From the NCBI GenBank assembly GCA_964016885.1, contig OZ024743.1, positions 138,880,001 through 138,944,000 on the forward strand: a stretch of DNA of 64,000 nt, in the 5' to 3' direction. The notes beneath the pieces are model-generated. The model did no database searches, was not told the DNA's origin, and saw only the letters and a program-made list of their open reading frames with translations. Below are positions 1-14,900 of the stretch, piece after piece. Position 1 is the first letter of the stretch. Each line of letters starts with the position of its first letter. The position numbers and the translations under genes were made by a program. The stretch is from Eledone cirrhosa. Lineage: Eukaryota.

Positions 1-874
1 CGCCAAAAAGCAAACGCCAAACCCCATACGCCAAACAGCAAATGCCAGGCACCAAACACCAAACACCAAGCGCCAAGCACCAAACACCAAACACCAAGCA
101 CCAAGCACCAAACACCAAACACCAAGCACCAATCACCAAACACCAAGCACCAAGCGCCAAGCACCAAACACCAAACACCTAGCACCAAGCACCAAGCACC
201 AAACACCAAGCACCAAACACCAATCACCAAGCCCCAAGCACCAAACACCAAGCACCAAGCACCAAACACCAAACACCAAGCACCAAGCACCAAGGACCAA
301 GCACCAAACACCAAGCACCAAGCACCGAGCACCAAACACCAAGAACCAAGCACCAAGCACTAAACACCAAACACCAAGCACCAAGCACCAAACACCAAAC
401 ACCAAGCACCAAGTACCAAACTCCAAACACCAAACACCAAGCACCAAGCACCAAATCCCAAGCACCAAACACCAAGCACCAAGCACCAAATCCCAAGCAC
501 CAAACACCAAGCACCAATCACCAAACACCAAACACCAAGCACCAAGCACCAAACTCCAAAAACCAAGCACCAAGCACCAAGCACCAAACACCAAACGCCA
601 AACACCAAACACCAAGTACCAAGCACCAAACACCAAGCACCAAGCGCCAAAGACCAAACACCAAGCACCAAGCACGAAACACCAAGCACCAAGCACCGAG
701 CACCAAACACCAAGTACCAAGCACCAAACACCAAACACCAAGCACCAAGCACCAAACACCAAACACCAAGCACCAAGTACCAAACACCAAACACCAAACA
801 CCAAACACCAAACAGCAAACGCCAAAAAGCAAACGCCAAACTCCAAACGCCAAACAACAAACGCCAAGGACCAA

Positions 875-3800
875 ACACCAAACACCAAGCGCCAAGCACC
901 AAACACCAAACACCAAGCACCAAGCACCAAACACCAAACACCAAGGACCAATCACCAAACACCAAGCACCGAACACCAAGCACCAAACACCAAGCACCAA
1001 GCACCAAGCGCCAAACACCAAACACCAAACACCTAGCACCAAGCACCAAGCACCAAACACCAAGCACCAAACACCAAGCACCAAGCACCAAGCACCAAGC
1101 ACCAAGCACCAAACACCAATCACCAAGCCCCAAGCACCAAACACCAAGCACCCAGCACCATACACCAAACACCAAGCACCAAGCACCCAGAACAAAGCAC
1201 CAAGCACCAAACACCAAACACCAAGCTCCAAGCACCAAACACCAAACACCAAGCACCAAGCACCAAGCACCAAGCACCAAACACCAAACACCAAGCACCA
1301 AGCACCAAACACCAAACACCAAGCACCAATTACCAAACACCAAGCACCAAGCGCCAAAAACCAAACACCAAACACCTAGCACCAAGCACCAAGCACCGAA
1401 CACCAAGCACCAAACACCAAGCACCAAGCACCAAGCACCAAGCACCAAGCACCAAACACCAATCACCAAGCCCCAAGCACCAAACACCAAGCACCAAGCA
1501 CCAAACACCAAACACCAAGCACCAAGCACCCAGAACCAAGCACCAAGCACCAAACACCAAACACCAAGCACCAAGCACCAAACCCCAAACACCAAGCACC
1601 AAGCACCAAGCACCAAGCACCAAACACCATACACCAAGCACCAAGCACCAAACACCAAAAACCAATCACCAAGCACCAAAGAGCAAACACCAAGCCCCAA
1701 GCAACAAACACCAAACACCAAACACCAAAAAGCAAACACTAAACACCAAACACCAAATAGCAAACACCAAACACCAAATAACAAACACCAAACACCAACC
1801 AGGAAACACCAAACAGCAAACACCAAACAGCAAACGCCAAACAGCAAACACAAACACCAAGCACCAAACACCAAGCACCAACCACCAAGCACCAAACACC
1901 AAGCACCAAGCACCAAGCACCAAGCACCAAGCACCAAACACCAAGCACCAAGCACCAAACAGCAAACACCAAGCACCAAACACCAAACACCACGCACCAA
2001 TCAACAAACACCAAACACCAAGCACCAAACACCAAGCACCAAGCCCCAAGCACGAAACACCAAGCACCAAGCACGAAACACCAAGCACCAAGCACCAAGC
2101 ACCATGCACCAAACACCAAGCACCAAGCACCAAACAGCAAACACCAAACAACAAACACCAAACAGCAAACACCAAACAGCAAACACCAAACAGCAAACAC
2201 CAAACAGCAAACGCCAAAAAGCAAACGCCAAACTCCAAACGCCAAACAGCAAATGCCAAACCCAAACGCCAAACAGCAAACGCCAAGCACAAAACACCAA
2301 ACACCAAGCGCCAAACACCAAACACCAAACACCTAGCACCAAGCACCAAGCACCAAACACCAAGCACCAAACACCAAGCACCAAGCACCAAGCACCAAGC
2401 ACCAAGCACCAAACACCAATCACCAAGCCCCAAGCACCAAACACCAAGCACCCAGCACCATACACCAAACACCAAGCACCAAGCACCCAGAACAAAGCAC
2501 CAAGCACCAAACACCAAACACCAAGCTCCAAGCACCAAACACCAAACACCAAGCACCAAGCACCAAGCACCAAGCACCAAACACCAAACACCAAGCACCA
2601 AGCACCAAACACCAAACACCAAGCACCAATCACCAAACACCAAGCACCAAGCGCCAAACACCAAACACCTAGCACCAAGCACCAAGCACCGAACACCAAG
2701 CACCAAACACCAAGCACCAAGCACCAAGCACCAAGCACCAAGCACCAAACACCAATCACCAAGCCCCAAGCACCAAACACCAAGCACCAAGCACCAAACA
2801 CCAAACACCAAGCACCAAGCACCCAGAACAAAGCACCAAGCACCAAACACCAAACACCAAGCACCAAGCACCAAACCCCAAACACCAAGCACCATGCACC
2901 AAGCACCAAGCACCAAACACCATACACCAAGCACCAAGCACCAAACACCAAAAACCAATCACCAAGCACCAAAGAGCAAACACCAAGCCCCAAGCAACAA
3001 ACACCAAACACCAAACACCAAAAAGCAAACACTAAACACCAAACACCAAATAGCAAACACCAAACACCAAATAGCAAACACCAAACACCAACCAGGAAAC
3101 ACCAAACAGCAAACACCAAACAGCAAACGCCAAACAGCAAACACAAACACCAAGCACCAAACACCAAGCACCAACCACCAAGCACCAAACACCAAGCACC
3201 AAGCACCAAGCACCAAGCACCAAGCACCAAACACCAAGCACCAAGCACCAAACAGCAAACACCAAGCACCAAACACCAAACACCACGCACCAAGCAACAA
3301 ACACCAAACACCAAGCACCAAACACCAAGCACTAAGCCCCAAGCACGAAACACCAAGCACCAAGCACGAAACACCAAGCACCAAGCACCAAGCACCATGC
3401 ACCAAACACCAAGCACCAAGCACCAAACAGCAAACACCAAACAACAAACACCAAACAGCAAACACCAAACAGCAAACACCAAACAGCAAACACCAAACAG
3501 CAAACGCCAAAAAGCAAACGCCAAACTCCAAACGCCAAACAGCAAATGCCAAACCCAAACGCCAAACAGCAAACGCCAAGCACAAAACACCAAACACCAA
3601 GCACCAAGCACCAAATACCAAACACCAAGCACCAAGTACCAAACACCAAACACCAAGCACCAAACACCAAACAGCAAACGCAAAAAAGCAAACGCCAAAC
3701 CCCATACGCCAAACAGCAAATGCCAAACCCCAAATGCCAAACGGCAAACGCCAAGCACCAAACACCAAACACCAAGCGCCAAGCACCAAACACCAAACAC

Positions 3801-6800
3801 CAAGCACCAAGCACCAAACACCAAACACCAAGCACCAATCACCAAACACCAAACACCAAGCGCCAAACACCAAACACCAAACACCTATCACCAAGCACCA
3901 AGCACCAAACACCAAGCACCAAACACCAAGCACCAAGCACCAAGCACCAAGCACCAAACACCAATCACCAAGCCCCAAGCACCAAACACCAAGCACCCAG
4001 CACCAAACACCAAACACCAAGCACCAAGCACCCAGAACAAAGCACCAAGCACCAAACACCAAACACCAAGCTCCAAGCACCAAACACCAAACACCAAGCA
4101 CCAAGCACCAAGCACCAAACACCAAACACCAAGCACCAATCACCAAACACCAAGCACCAAGCGCCAAACACCAAACACCAAACACCTAGCACCAAGCACC
4201 AAGCACCGAACACCAAGCACCAAGCACCAAGCACCAAGCACCAAGCACCAAACACCAATCACCAAGCCCCAAGCACCAAACACCAAACACCAAGCGCCAA
4301 GCACCAAACACCAAACACCAAGCACCAAGCACCAAACACCAAACACCAAGGACCAATCACCAAACACCAAGCACCGAACACCAAGCACCAAACACCAAGC
4401 ACCAAGCACCAAGCGCCAAACACCAAACACCAAACACCTAGCACCAAGCACCAAGCACCAAAACACCAAGCACCAAACACCAAGCACCAAGCACCAAGCA
4501 CCAAGCACCAAGCACCAAACACCAATCACCAAGCCCCAAGCACCAAACACCAAGCACCCAGCACCATACACCAAACACCAAGCACCAAGCACCCAGAACA
4601 AAGCACCAAGCACAAAACACCAAACACCAAGCTCCAAGCACCAAACACCAAACACCAAGCACCAAGCACCAAGCACCAAGCACCAAACACCAAACACCAA
4701 GCACCAAGCACCAAACACCAAACACCAAGCACCAATTACCAAACACCAAGCACCAAGCGCCAAAAACCAAACACCAAACACCTAGCACCAAGCACCAAGC
4801 ACCGAACACCAAGCACCAAACACCAAGCACCAAGCACCAAGCACCAAGCACCAAGCACCAAACACCAATCACCAAGCCCCAAGCACCAAACACCAAGCAC
4901 CAAGCACCCAGAACCAAGCACCAAACACCAAACACCAAGCACCAAGCACCAAACCCCAAACACCAAGCACCAAGCACCAAGCACCAAGCACCAAACACCA
5001 TACACCAAGCACCAAGCACCAAACACCAAAAACCAATCACCAAGCACCAAAGAGCAAACACCAAGCCCCAAGCAACAAACACCAAACACCAAACACCAAA
5101 AAGCAAACACTAAACACCAAACACCAAATAGCAAACACCAAACACCAAATAACAAACACCAAACACCAACCAGGAAACACCAAACAGCAAACACCAAACA
5201 GCAAACGCCAAACAGCAAACACAAACACCAAGCACCAAACACCAAGCACCAACCACCAAGCACCAAACACCAAGCACCAAGCACCAAGCACCAAGCACCA
5301 AGCACCAAACACCAAGCACCAAGCACCAAACAGCAAACACCAAGCACCAAACACCAAACACCACGCACCAATCAACAAACACCAAACACCAAGCACCAAA
5401 CACCAAGCACCAAGCCCCAAGCACGAAACACCAAGCACCAAGCACGAAACACCAAGCACCAAGCACCAAGCACCATGCACCAAACACCAAGCACCAAGCA
5501 CCAAACAGCAAACACCAAACAACAAACACCAAACAGCAAACACCAAACAGCAAACACCAAACAGCAAACACCAAACAGCAAACGCCAAAAAGCAAACGCC
5601 AAACTCCAAACGCCAAACAGCAAATGCCAAACCCAAACGCCAAACAGCAAACGCCAAGCACAAAACACCAAACACCAAGCGCCAAACACCAAACACCAAA
5701 CACCTAGCACCAAGCACCAAGCACCAAACACCAAGCACCAAACACCAAGCACCAAGCACCAAGCACCAAGCACCAAGCACCAAACACCAATCACCAAGCC
5801 CCAAGCACCAAACACCAAGCACCCAGCACCATACACCAAACACCAAGCACCAAGCACCCAGAACAAAGCACCAAGCACCAAACACCAAACACCAAGCTCC
5901 AAGCACCAAACACCAAACACCAAGCACCAAGCACCAAGCACCAAGCACCAAACACCAAACACCAAGCACCAAGCACCAAACACCAAACACCAAGCACCAA
6001 TCACCAAACACCAAGCACCAAGCGCCAAACACCAAACACCTAGCACCAAGCACCAAGCACCGAACACCAAGCACCAAACACCAAGCACCAAGCACCAAGC
6101 ACGAAGCACCAAGCACCAAACACCAATCACCAAGCCCCAAGCACCAAACACCAAGCACCAAGCACCAAACACCAAACACCAAGCACCAAGCACCCAGAAC
6201 AAAGCACCAAGCACCAAACACCAAACACCAAGCACCAAGCACCAAACCCCAAACACCAAGCACCAAGCACCAAGCACCAAGCACCAAACACCATACACCA
6301 AGCACCAAGCACCAAACACCAAAAACCAATCACCAAGCACCAAAGAGCAAACACCAAGCCCCAAGCAACAAACACCAAACACCAAACACCAAAAAGCAAA
6401 CACTAAACACCAAACACCAAATAGCAAACACCAAACACCAAATAGCAAACACCAAACACCAACCAGGAAACACCAAACAGCAAACACAAACACCAAGCAC
6501 CAAACACCAAGCACCAACCACCAAGCACCAAACACCAAGCACCAAGCACCAAGCACCAAGCACCAAGCACCAAACACCAAGCACCAAGCACCAAACAGCA
6601 AACACCAAGCACCAAACACCAAACACCACGCACCAAGCAACAAACACCAAACACCAAGCACCAAACACCAAGCACTAAGCCCCAAGCACGAAACACCAAG
6701 CACCAAGCACGAAACACCAAGCACCAAGCACCAAGCACCATGCACCAAACACCAAGCACCAAGCACCAAACAGCAAACACCAAACAACAAACACCAAACA

Positions 6801-7580
6801 GCAAACACCAAACAGCAAACACCAAACAGCAAACACCAAACAGCAAACGCCAAAAAGCAAACGCCAAACTCCAAACGCCAAACAGCAAATGCCAAACCCA
6901 AACGCCAAACAGCAAACGCCAAGCACAAAACACCAAACACCAAGCACCAAGCACCAAATACCAAACACCAAGCACCAAGTACCAAACACCAAACACCAAG
7001 CACCAAACACCAAACAGCAAACGCAAAAAAGCAAACGCCAAACCCCATACGCCAAACAGCAAATGCCAAACCCCAAATGCCAAACGGCAAACGCCAAGCA
7101 CCAAACACCAAACACCAAGCGCCAAGCACCAAACACCAAACACCAAGCACCAAGCACCAAACACCAAACACCAAGCACCAATCACCAAACACCAAACACC
7201 AAGCGCCAAACACCAAACACCAAACACCTATCACCAAGCACCAAGCACCAAACACCAAGCACCAAACACCAAGCACCAAGCACCAAGCACCAAGCACCAA
7301 ACACCAATCACCAAGCCCCAAGCACCAAACACCAAGCACCCAGCACCAAACACCAAACACCAAGCACCAAGCACCCAGAACAAAGCACCAAGCACCAAAC
7401 ACCAAACACCAAGCTCCAAGCACCAAACACCAAACACCAAGCACCAAGCACCAAGCACCAAACACCAAACACCAAGCACCAATCACCAAACACCAAGCAC
7501 CAAGCGCCAAACACCAAACACCAAACACCTAGCACCAAGCACCAAGCACCGAACACCAAGCACCAAGCACCAAGCACCAA
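875..7580 (+). repeat. Tandem duplication of a ~3.4-kb block that itself contains the 1.3-kb dimer
   Basis: GACCAATCAC at 946 and 4351 (offset 3405). ORF pairs 1120/4526 (3406), 1739/5110 and 2420/5791 (3371), 3332/6675 and 3888/7231 (3343). The later offset changes are 35 and 28 bp, i.e. whole monomers. Confidence 0.9.
1020..3590 (+). repeat. Tandem duplication of a ~1.3-kb higher-order unit (186 monomers)
   Basis: Identical ORF translations at 1120..1329 and 2420..2629 (offset 1300 = 186x7-2, matching the two 6-bp monomers CACAAA and CCCAAA in the unit). The GAGCAAA landmark is at 1681 and 2974 (offset 1293, one monomer fewer). Confidence 0.9.
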
Positions 7581-7589
7581 GAAACCAAG

Positions 7590-8215
7590 CACCAAACACC
7601 AATCACCAAGCCCCAAGCACCAAACACCAAGCACCAAGCACCAAACACCAAACACCAAGCACCAAGCACCAAACACCAAACACCAAGCACCAAGCACCAA
7701 GCACCAAGCACCAAACACCATACACCAAACAGCAAACGCCAAAAAGCAAACGCCAAACCCCATACGCCAAACAGCAAATGCCAAACCCCAAACGCCAAAC
7801 AGCAAACGCCAAGCACCAAACACCAAACACCAAGCGTCAAGCACCAAACACCAATCACCAAGCCCCAAGCACCAAACACCAAGCACCAAGCACCAAACAC
7901 CAAACACCAAGCACCAAGCACCAAACACCAAACACCAAGCACCAAGCACCAAGCACCAAGCACCAAACACCAATCACCAAGCCCCAAGCACCAAACACCA
8001 AGCACCAAGCACCAAACACCAAACACCAAGCACCAAGCACCAAACACCAAACACCAAGCACCAAGCACCAAGCACCAAGCACCAAACACCATACACCAAA
8101 CAGCAAACGCCAAAAAGCAAACACCAAACCCCATACGCCAAACAGCAAATGCCAAACCCCAAACGCCAAACAGCAAACGCCAAGCACCAAACACCAAACA
8201 CCAAGCGTCAAGCAC
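7590..8215 (+). repeat. Local duplication with offset 371 bp (53 monomers)
   Basis: Near-identical ORFs 7603..7833 and 7974..8204. Both copies end in the rare CGTCAAG variant. Confidence 0.8.
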
Positions 8216-10076
8216 CAAACACCAAGCACCAAGCGCCAAGCACCAAACACCAAACACCTAGCACCAAGCACCAAGCACCAAACACCAAGCACCAAACACC
8301 AATCACCAAGCCCCAAGCACCAAACACCAAGCACCAAGCACCAAACACCAAACACCAAGCACCAAGCACCCAGAACCAAGCACCAAGCACCAAACACCAA
8401 GCACCAAGCACCGAGCACCAAACACCAAGAACCAAGCACCAAGCACTAAACACCAAACACCAAGCACCAAGCACCAAACACCAAACACCAAGCACCAAGT
8501 ACCAAACTCCAAACACCAAACACCAAGCACCAAGCACCAAATCCCAAGCACCAAACACCAAGCACCAATCACCAAACACCAAACACCAAGCACCAAGCAC
8601 CAAACTCCAAAAACCAAGCACCAAGCACCAAGCACCAAACACCAAACGCCAAACACCAAACACCAAGTACCAAGCCCCAAACACCAAGCACCAAGCGCCA
8701 AAGACCAAACACCAAGCACCAAGCACGAAACACCAAGCACCAAGCACGAAACACCAAGCACCAAGCACCGAGCACCAAACACCAAGTACCAAGCACCAAT
8801 CACCAAACACCAAGCACCAAGCACCAAACACCAAACACCAAGCACCAAGCACCAAACACCAAACACCAAGCACCAAGCCCCAAGCACCAAACAGCAAGCA
8901 CCAAGCACCAAACACCAAACACCAAGCACCAAGCACTAAACACCAAACACCAAGCACCAAGCACCAAGCACCAAGCACCAAGCACCAAACACCAAGCACC
9001 AAGCACCAAGCACCAAGCACCAAGCACCAAACACCAAGCACCAAGCACCAAACAGCAAACACCAAGCACCAAACACCAAACACCAAGCACCAAGCACCAA
9101 ACACCAAACACCAAACACCAAGCACCAAGCCCCAAGCACCAAACACCAAGCACCAAGCACCAAACACCAAGCACGAAGCACCAAGCACCATGCACCAAAC
9201 ACCAAGCACCAAGCACCAAACAGCAAACACCAAACAGCAAACACCAAACACCAAACACCAACCAGCAAACACCAAACACCAAACACCAAACAGCAAACAC
9301 CAAACAGCAAACACCAAACAGCAAACACCAAACACCAAACACCAAACAGCAAATGCCAAAAAGCAAACGCCAAACCCCAAACGCCAAACAGTAAATGCCA
9401 AACCCCAAACACCAAACAGCAAACGCCAAGCGCCAAACGCCAAACACCAAGCGCCAAGCACCAAACACCAAACACCAAGCACCAAGCACCAAACACCAAA
9501 CACCAAGCACCAAGTACCAAACACCAAACACCAAGCACCAAACATCAAACAGCAAACACCAAAAAGCAAATGCCAAACCCCATACGCCAAACAGCAAATG
9601 CCAAACCCCAAACGCCAAACAGCAAACGCCAAGCACCGAACACCAAACACCAAGCGCCAAGCACCAAACACCAAACACCAAGCACCAAGCACCAAACACC
9701 AAACACCAAGCACCAATCACCAAACACCAAGCACCAAGCGCCAAGCACCAAACACCAAACACCTAGCACCAAGCACCAAGCACCAAACACCAAGTACCAA
9801 ACACCAATCACCAAGCCCCAAGCACCAAACACCAAGCACCAAGCACCAAACACCAAACACCAAGCACCAAGCACCCAGAACCAAGCACCAAGCACCAAAC
9901 ACCAAGCACCAAGCACCGAGCACCAAACACCAAGAACCAAGCACCAAGCACTAAACACCAAACACCAAGCACCAAGCACCAAACACCAAACACCAAGCAC
10001 CAAACACCAAACAGCAAACGCCAAAAAGCAAACGCCAAACAGCAAATGCCAAACCCCAAACGCCAAACAGCAAACG

Positions 10077-11850
10077 CCAGGCACCAAACACCAAACACCA
10101 AGCGCCAAGCACCAAACACCAAACACCAAGCACCAAGCACCAAACACCAAACACCAAGCACCAATCACCAAACACCAAGCACCAAGCGCCAAGCACCAAA
10201 CACCAAACACCTAGCACCAAGCACCAAGCACCAAACACCAAGCACCAAACACCAATCACCAAGCCCCAAGCACCAAACACCAAGCACCAAGCACCAAACA
10301 CCAAACACCAAGCACCAAGCACCAAGGACCAAGCACCAAACACCAAGCACCAAGCACCGAGCACCAAACACCAAGAACCAAGCACCAAGCACTAAACACC
10401 AAACACCAAGCACCAAGCACCAAACACCAAACACCAAGCACCAAGTACCAAACTCCAAACACCAAACACCAAGCACCAAGCACCAAATCCCAAGCACCAA
10501 ACACCAAGCACCAATCACCAAACACCAAACACCAAGCACCAAGCACCAAACTCCAAAAACCAAGCACCAAGCACCAAGCACCAAACACCAAACGCCAAAC
10601 ACCAAACACCAAGTACCAAGCACCAAACACCAAGCACCAAGCGCCAAAGACCAAACACCAAGCACCAAGCACGAAACACCAAGCACCAAGCACCGAGCAC
10701 CAAACACCAAGTACCAAGCACCAAACACCAAACACCAAGCACCAAGCACCAAACACCAAACACCAAGCACCAAGTACCAAACACCAAACACCAAACACCA
10801 AACACCAAACAGCAAACGCCAAAAAGCAAACGCCAAACTCCAAACGCCAAACAACAAACGCCAAGCACCAAACACCAAACACCAAGCGCCAAGCACCAAA
10901 CACCAAACACCAAGCACCAAGCACCAAACACCAAACACCAAGGACCAATCACCAAACACCAAGCACCAAACACCAAGCACCAAACACCAAGCACCAAGCA
11001 CCAAGCGCCAAACACCAAACACCAAACACCTAGCACCAAGCACCAAGCACCAAACACCAAGCACCAAACACCAAGCACCAAGCACCAAGCACCAAGCACC
11101 AAGCACCAAACACCAATCACCAAGCCCCAAGCACCAAACACCAAGCACCCAGCACCATACACCAAACACCAAGCACCAAGCACCCAGAACAAAGCACCAA
11201 GCACCAAACACCAAACACCAAGCTCCAAGCACCAAACACCAAACACCAAGCACCAAGCACCAAGCACCAAGCACCAAACACCAAACACCAAGCACCAAGC
11301 ACCAAACACCAAACACCAAGCACCAATCACCAAACACCAAGCACCAAGCGCCAAACACCAAACACCAAACACCTAGCACCAAGCACCAAGCACCGAACAC
11401 CAAGCACCAAACACCAAGCACCAAGCACCAAGCACCAAGCACCAAGCACCAAACACCAATCACCAAGCCCCAAGCACCAAACACCAAGCACCAAGCACCA
11501 AACACCAAACACCAAGCACCAAGCACCCAGAACCAAGCACCAAGCACCAAACACCAAACACCAAGCACCAAGCACCAAACCCCAAACACCAGTCACAAAG
11601 CACCAAGCACCAAGCACCAAACACCATACACCAAGCACCAAGCACCAAACACCAAAAACCAATCACCAAGCACCAAAGAGCAAACACCAAGCCCCAAGCA
11701 ACAAACACCAAACACCAAACACCAAAAAGCAAACACTAAACACCAAACACCAAATAGCAAACACCAAACACCAAATAGCAAACACCAAACACCAACCAGG
11801 AAACACCAAACAGCAAACACCAAACAGCAAACGCCAAACAGCAAACACAA
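10077..11850 (+). repeat. Dispersed copy of block ~45-1850 (offset about 10 kb)
   Basis: CCAGGCACC at 45 and 10077 (offset 10032). ORF pairs 1120/11117, 1330/11327 and 1463/11460, and GAGCAAA at 1681/11678 (offset 9997). A few monomers differ, e.g. AATTACC vs AATCACC. Confidence 0.88.
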
Positions 11851-11989
11851 ACACCAAACACCAAACACCAAGCACCAAGCACCAAGCACAAAACCCCAAG
11901 CACCAAGCGCCAAGCACCAAACACCAAACACCAAACACCAAACAGCAAACACCAATCACCAAAAACCAGACACCAAACACCAAGCAACA

Positions 11990-14900
11990 AGCACCAATCA
12001 CCAAGCACCAAGCACTAAACACCAAACACCTAGCACCAAGCACCAAGCACCAAACACCAAGCACCAAGCACCAAGCACCAAATACCAAGCACCAAAGACC
12101 AAGCCCCAAATACCAAGCACCAAGCACCAAACACTAATCACCAGGGACCAAGCACCAAACACCAAGAACCAAGCACCAAGCACTAAACACCAAACACCAA
12201 GCACCAAGCACCAAACACCAAACACCAATCACCAAGTACCAAACTCCAAACACCAAACACCAAGCACCAAGCACCAAATCCCAAGCACCAAACACCAAGC
12301 ACCAATCACCAAACACCAAACACCAAGCACCAAGCACCAAACACCAAAAACCAAGCACCAAGCACCAAGCACCAAACAGCAAACGCCAAACACCGAACAC
12401 CAAGTACCAAGCACCAAACACCAAGCACCAAGCGCCAAAGACCAAACACCAAGCACCAAGCACGAGACACCAAGCACCAAGCACCGAGCACCAAACACCA
12501 AGTACCAAGCACCAATCACCAAACACCAAGCACCAAGCACCAAACACCAAACAGCAAGCACCAAGCACCAAACACCAAACACCAAGCACCAAGCACCACA
12601 CACCAACTACCAAGCACCAAGCACTAAACACCAAACACCAAGCACCAAGCACCAAGCATCAAGCATCAAGCACCAAACACCAAGCACCAAGCACCAAGCA
12701 CCAAACATAAAACAACAAGTACCAAGCACCAAACACCAAACACCAAACACCAAACACCAAGCACAAAGCACCAAACACCAAACACCAAGCACCAAGCACC
12801 AGACACCAAGCACCAAGCACCAAGCACCAAGCACCAAAAACCAAGCACCAAGCACCAAGGACCAAACACCAAGCACCAAACACCAAACACCAAGCACCAA
12901 GCACCAAACACCGAACACCAAGCACCAAACACCAAACACCAAGCACCAATCACCAAACACCAAGCACCAAGCGCCAAACACCAAACACCAAACACCTAGC
13001 ACCAAGCACCAATCACCGAACACCAAGCACCAAACACCAAGCACCAAGCACCAAGCACCAAGCACCAAGCACCAAACACCAATCACCAAGCCCGAAGCAC
13101 CAAACACGAAGCACCAAGCACCAAACACCAAACACCAAGCACCATGCACCCAGAACCAAGCACCAAGCACCAAACACCAAGCACCAAGCACCAAGCACCA
13201 AACACCATACACCAAGCACCAAGCACCAAACACCAAAAACCAATCACCAAGCACCAAAGTGCAAACACCAAGCCCCAAGCACCAAACACCAAACACCAAA
13301 CACCAAACAGCAAACACTAAACACCAAACACCAAACAGCAAACACGAAACACCAAATAGCAAACACCAAACACCAACCAGGAAACACCAAACAGCAAACA
13401 CCAAACAGCAAACGCCAAACAGCAAACATAAACAGCAAACACCAAACACCAAGTACCAAGCACCAAGCACAAAACACCAAGCAACAAGCGCCAAGCACCA
13501 AACACCAAACACCAAACACCAAACAGCAAACACCAATCACCAAACACCAGACACCAAACACCAAACAGCAAACACCAAACACCAAACAGCAAACACCAAA
13601 CACCAAACACCAAACAGCAAACACGAAACAGCAAACACGAAACAGCAAACACCAAACAGCAAACACCAAACAGCAAGCACCAAACACCAAACACCAAACA
13701 CCAAGCACCAAGCACCAAACACCAAGCACCAAGCAACAAGCACCAATCACCAAGCACCAAGCACTAAACACCAAACACCTAGCACCAAGCACCAAGCACC
13801 AAACACCAAGCACCAAGCACCAAGCACCAAACACCAAGCACCAAAGACCAAGCCCCAAATACCAAGCACCAAGCACCAAACACCAGTCACCAGGCACCAA
13901 GCACCAAACACCAACAACCAAGCACCAAGCACTAAACACCAAACACCAAGCACCAAGCACCGAACACCAAACACCAAGCACCAAGTACCAAACTCCAAAC
14001 ACCAAACACCAAGCACGAAGCACCAAATCCCAAGCACCAAACACCAAGCACCAAACACCAAAAACCAAGCACCAAGCACCAAGCACCAAACACCAAACAC
14101 CGAACACCAAGTACCAAGCACCAAACACCAAGCACCAGGCGCCAAAGACCAAACACCAAACACCAAGCACGAAACACCAAGCACCAAGCACCGAGCACCA
14201 AACACCAAGTACCAGGCACCAATCAACAAACACCAAGCACCAAGCACCAAATACCAGACAGCAAGCACCAAGCACCAAACACCAAACACCAAGCACCAAG
14301 CACCAAACACCAAGCACCAAGCGCCAAACACCAAACACCAAGCACCAAGCACCAAACACCAAGCACCAACCACCAAGCACCAAACACCAAGCACCAAGCA
14401 CCAAACACCAAGCACCAATCACCAAACAGCAAACACCAAGCACCAAACACCAAACACCAAGCACCAAGCACCAAACACCAAGCACCAAGCACCAAACACC
14501 AAGCACCAAGCACCAAACACCAAAAACCAATCACCAAGCACCAAAGAGCAAACACCAAGCCCCAAGCACCAAACACCAAACACCAAACACCAAATAGCAA
14601 ACACTAAACACCAAACACCAAACAGCAAACACAAAACACCAAATAGCAAATACCAAACAGCAAACACCAAACACCAAACAGCAAACACCAAACACCAACC
14701 AGGAAACACCAAACACCAAGCACCAAACACCAAGCACCAAGCCCCAAGCACCAAACACCAAGCACCAAGCACCAAACACCAAGCACCAAACACCATGCAC
14801 CAAACACCTAGCACCAAGCACCAAACAGCAAACACCAAACAGCAAGCACCAAACACCAACCAGCGAACACCAAGCACCAAACACCAAACACCAAGCACCA

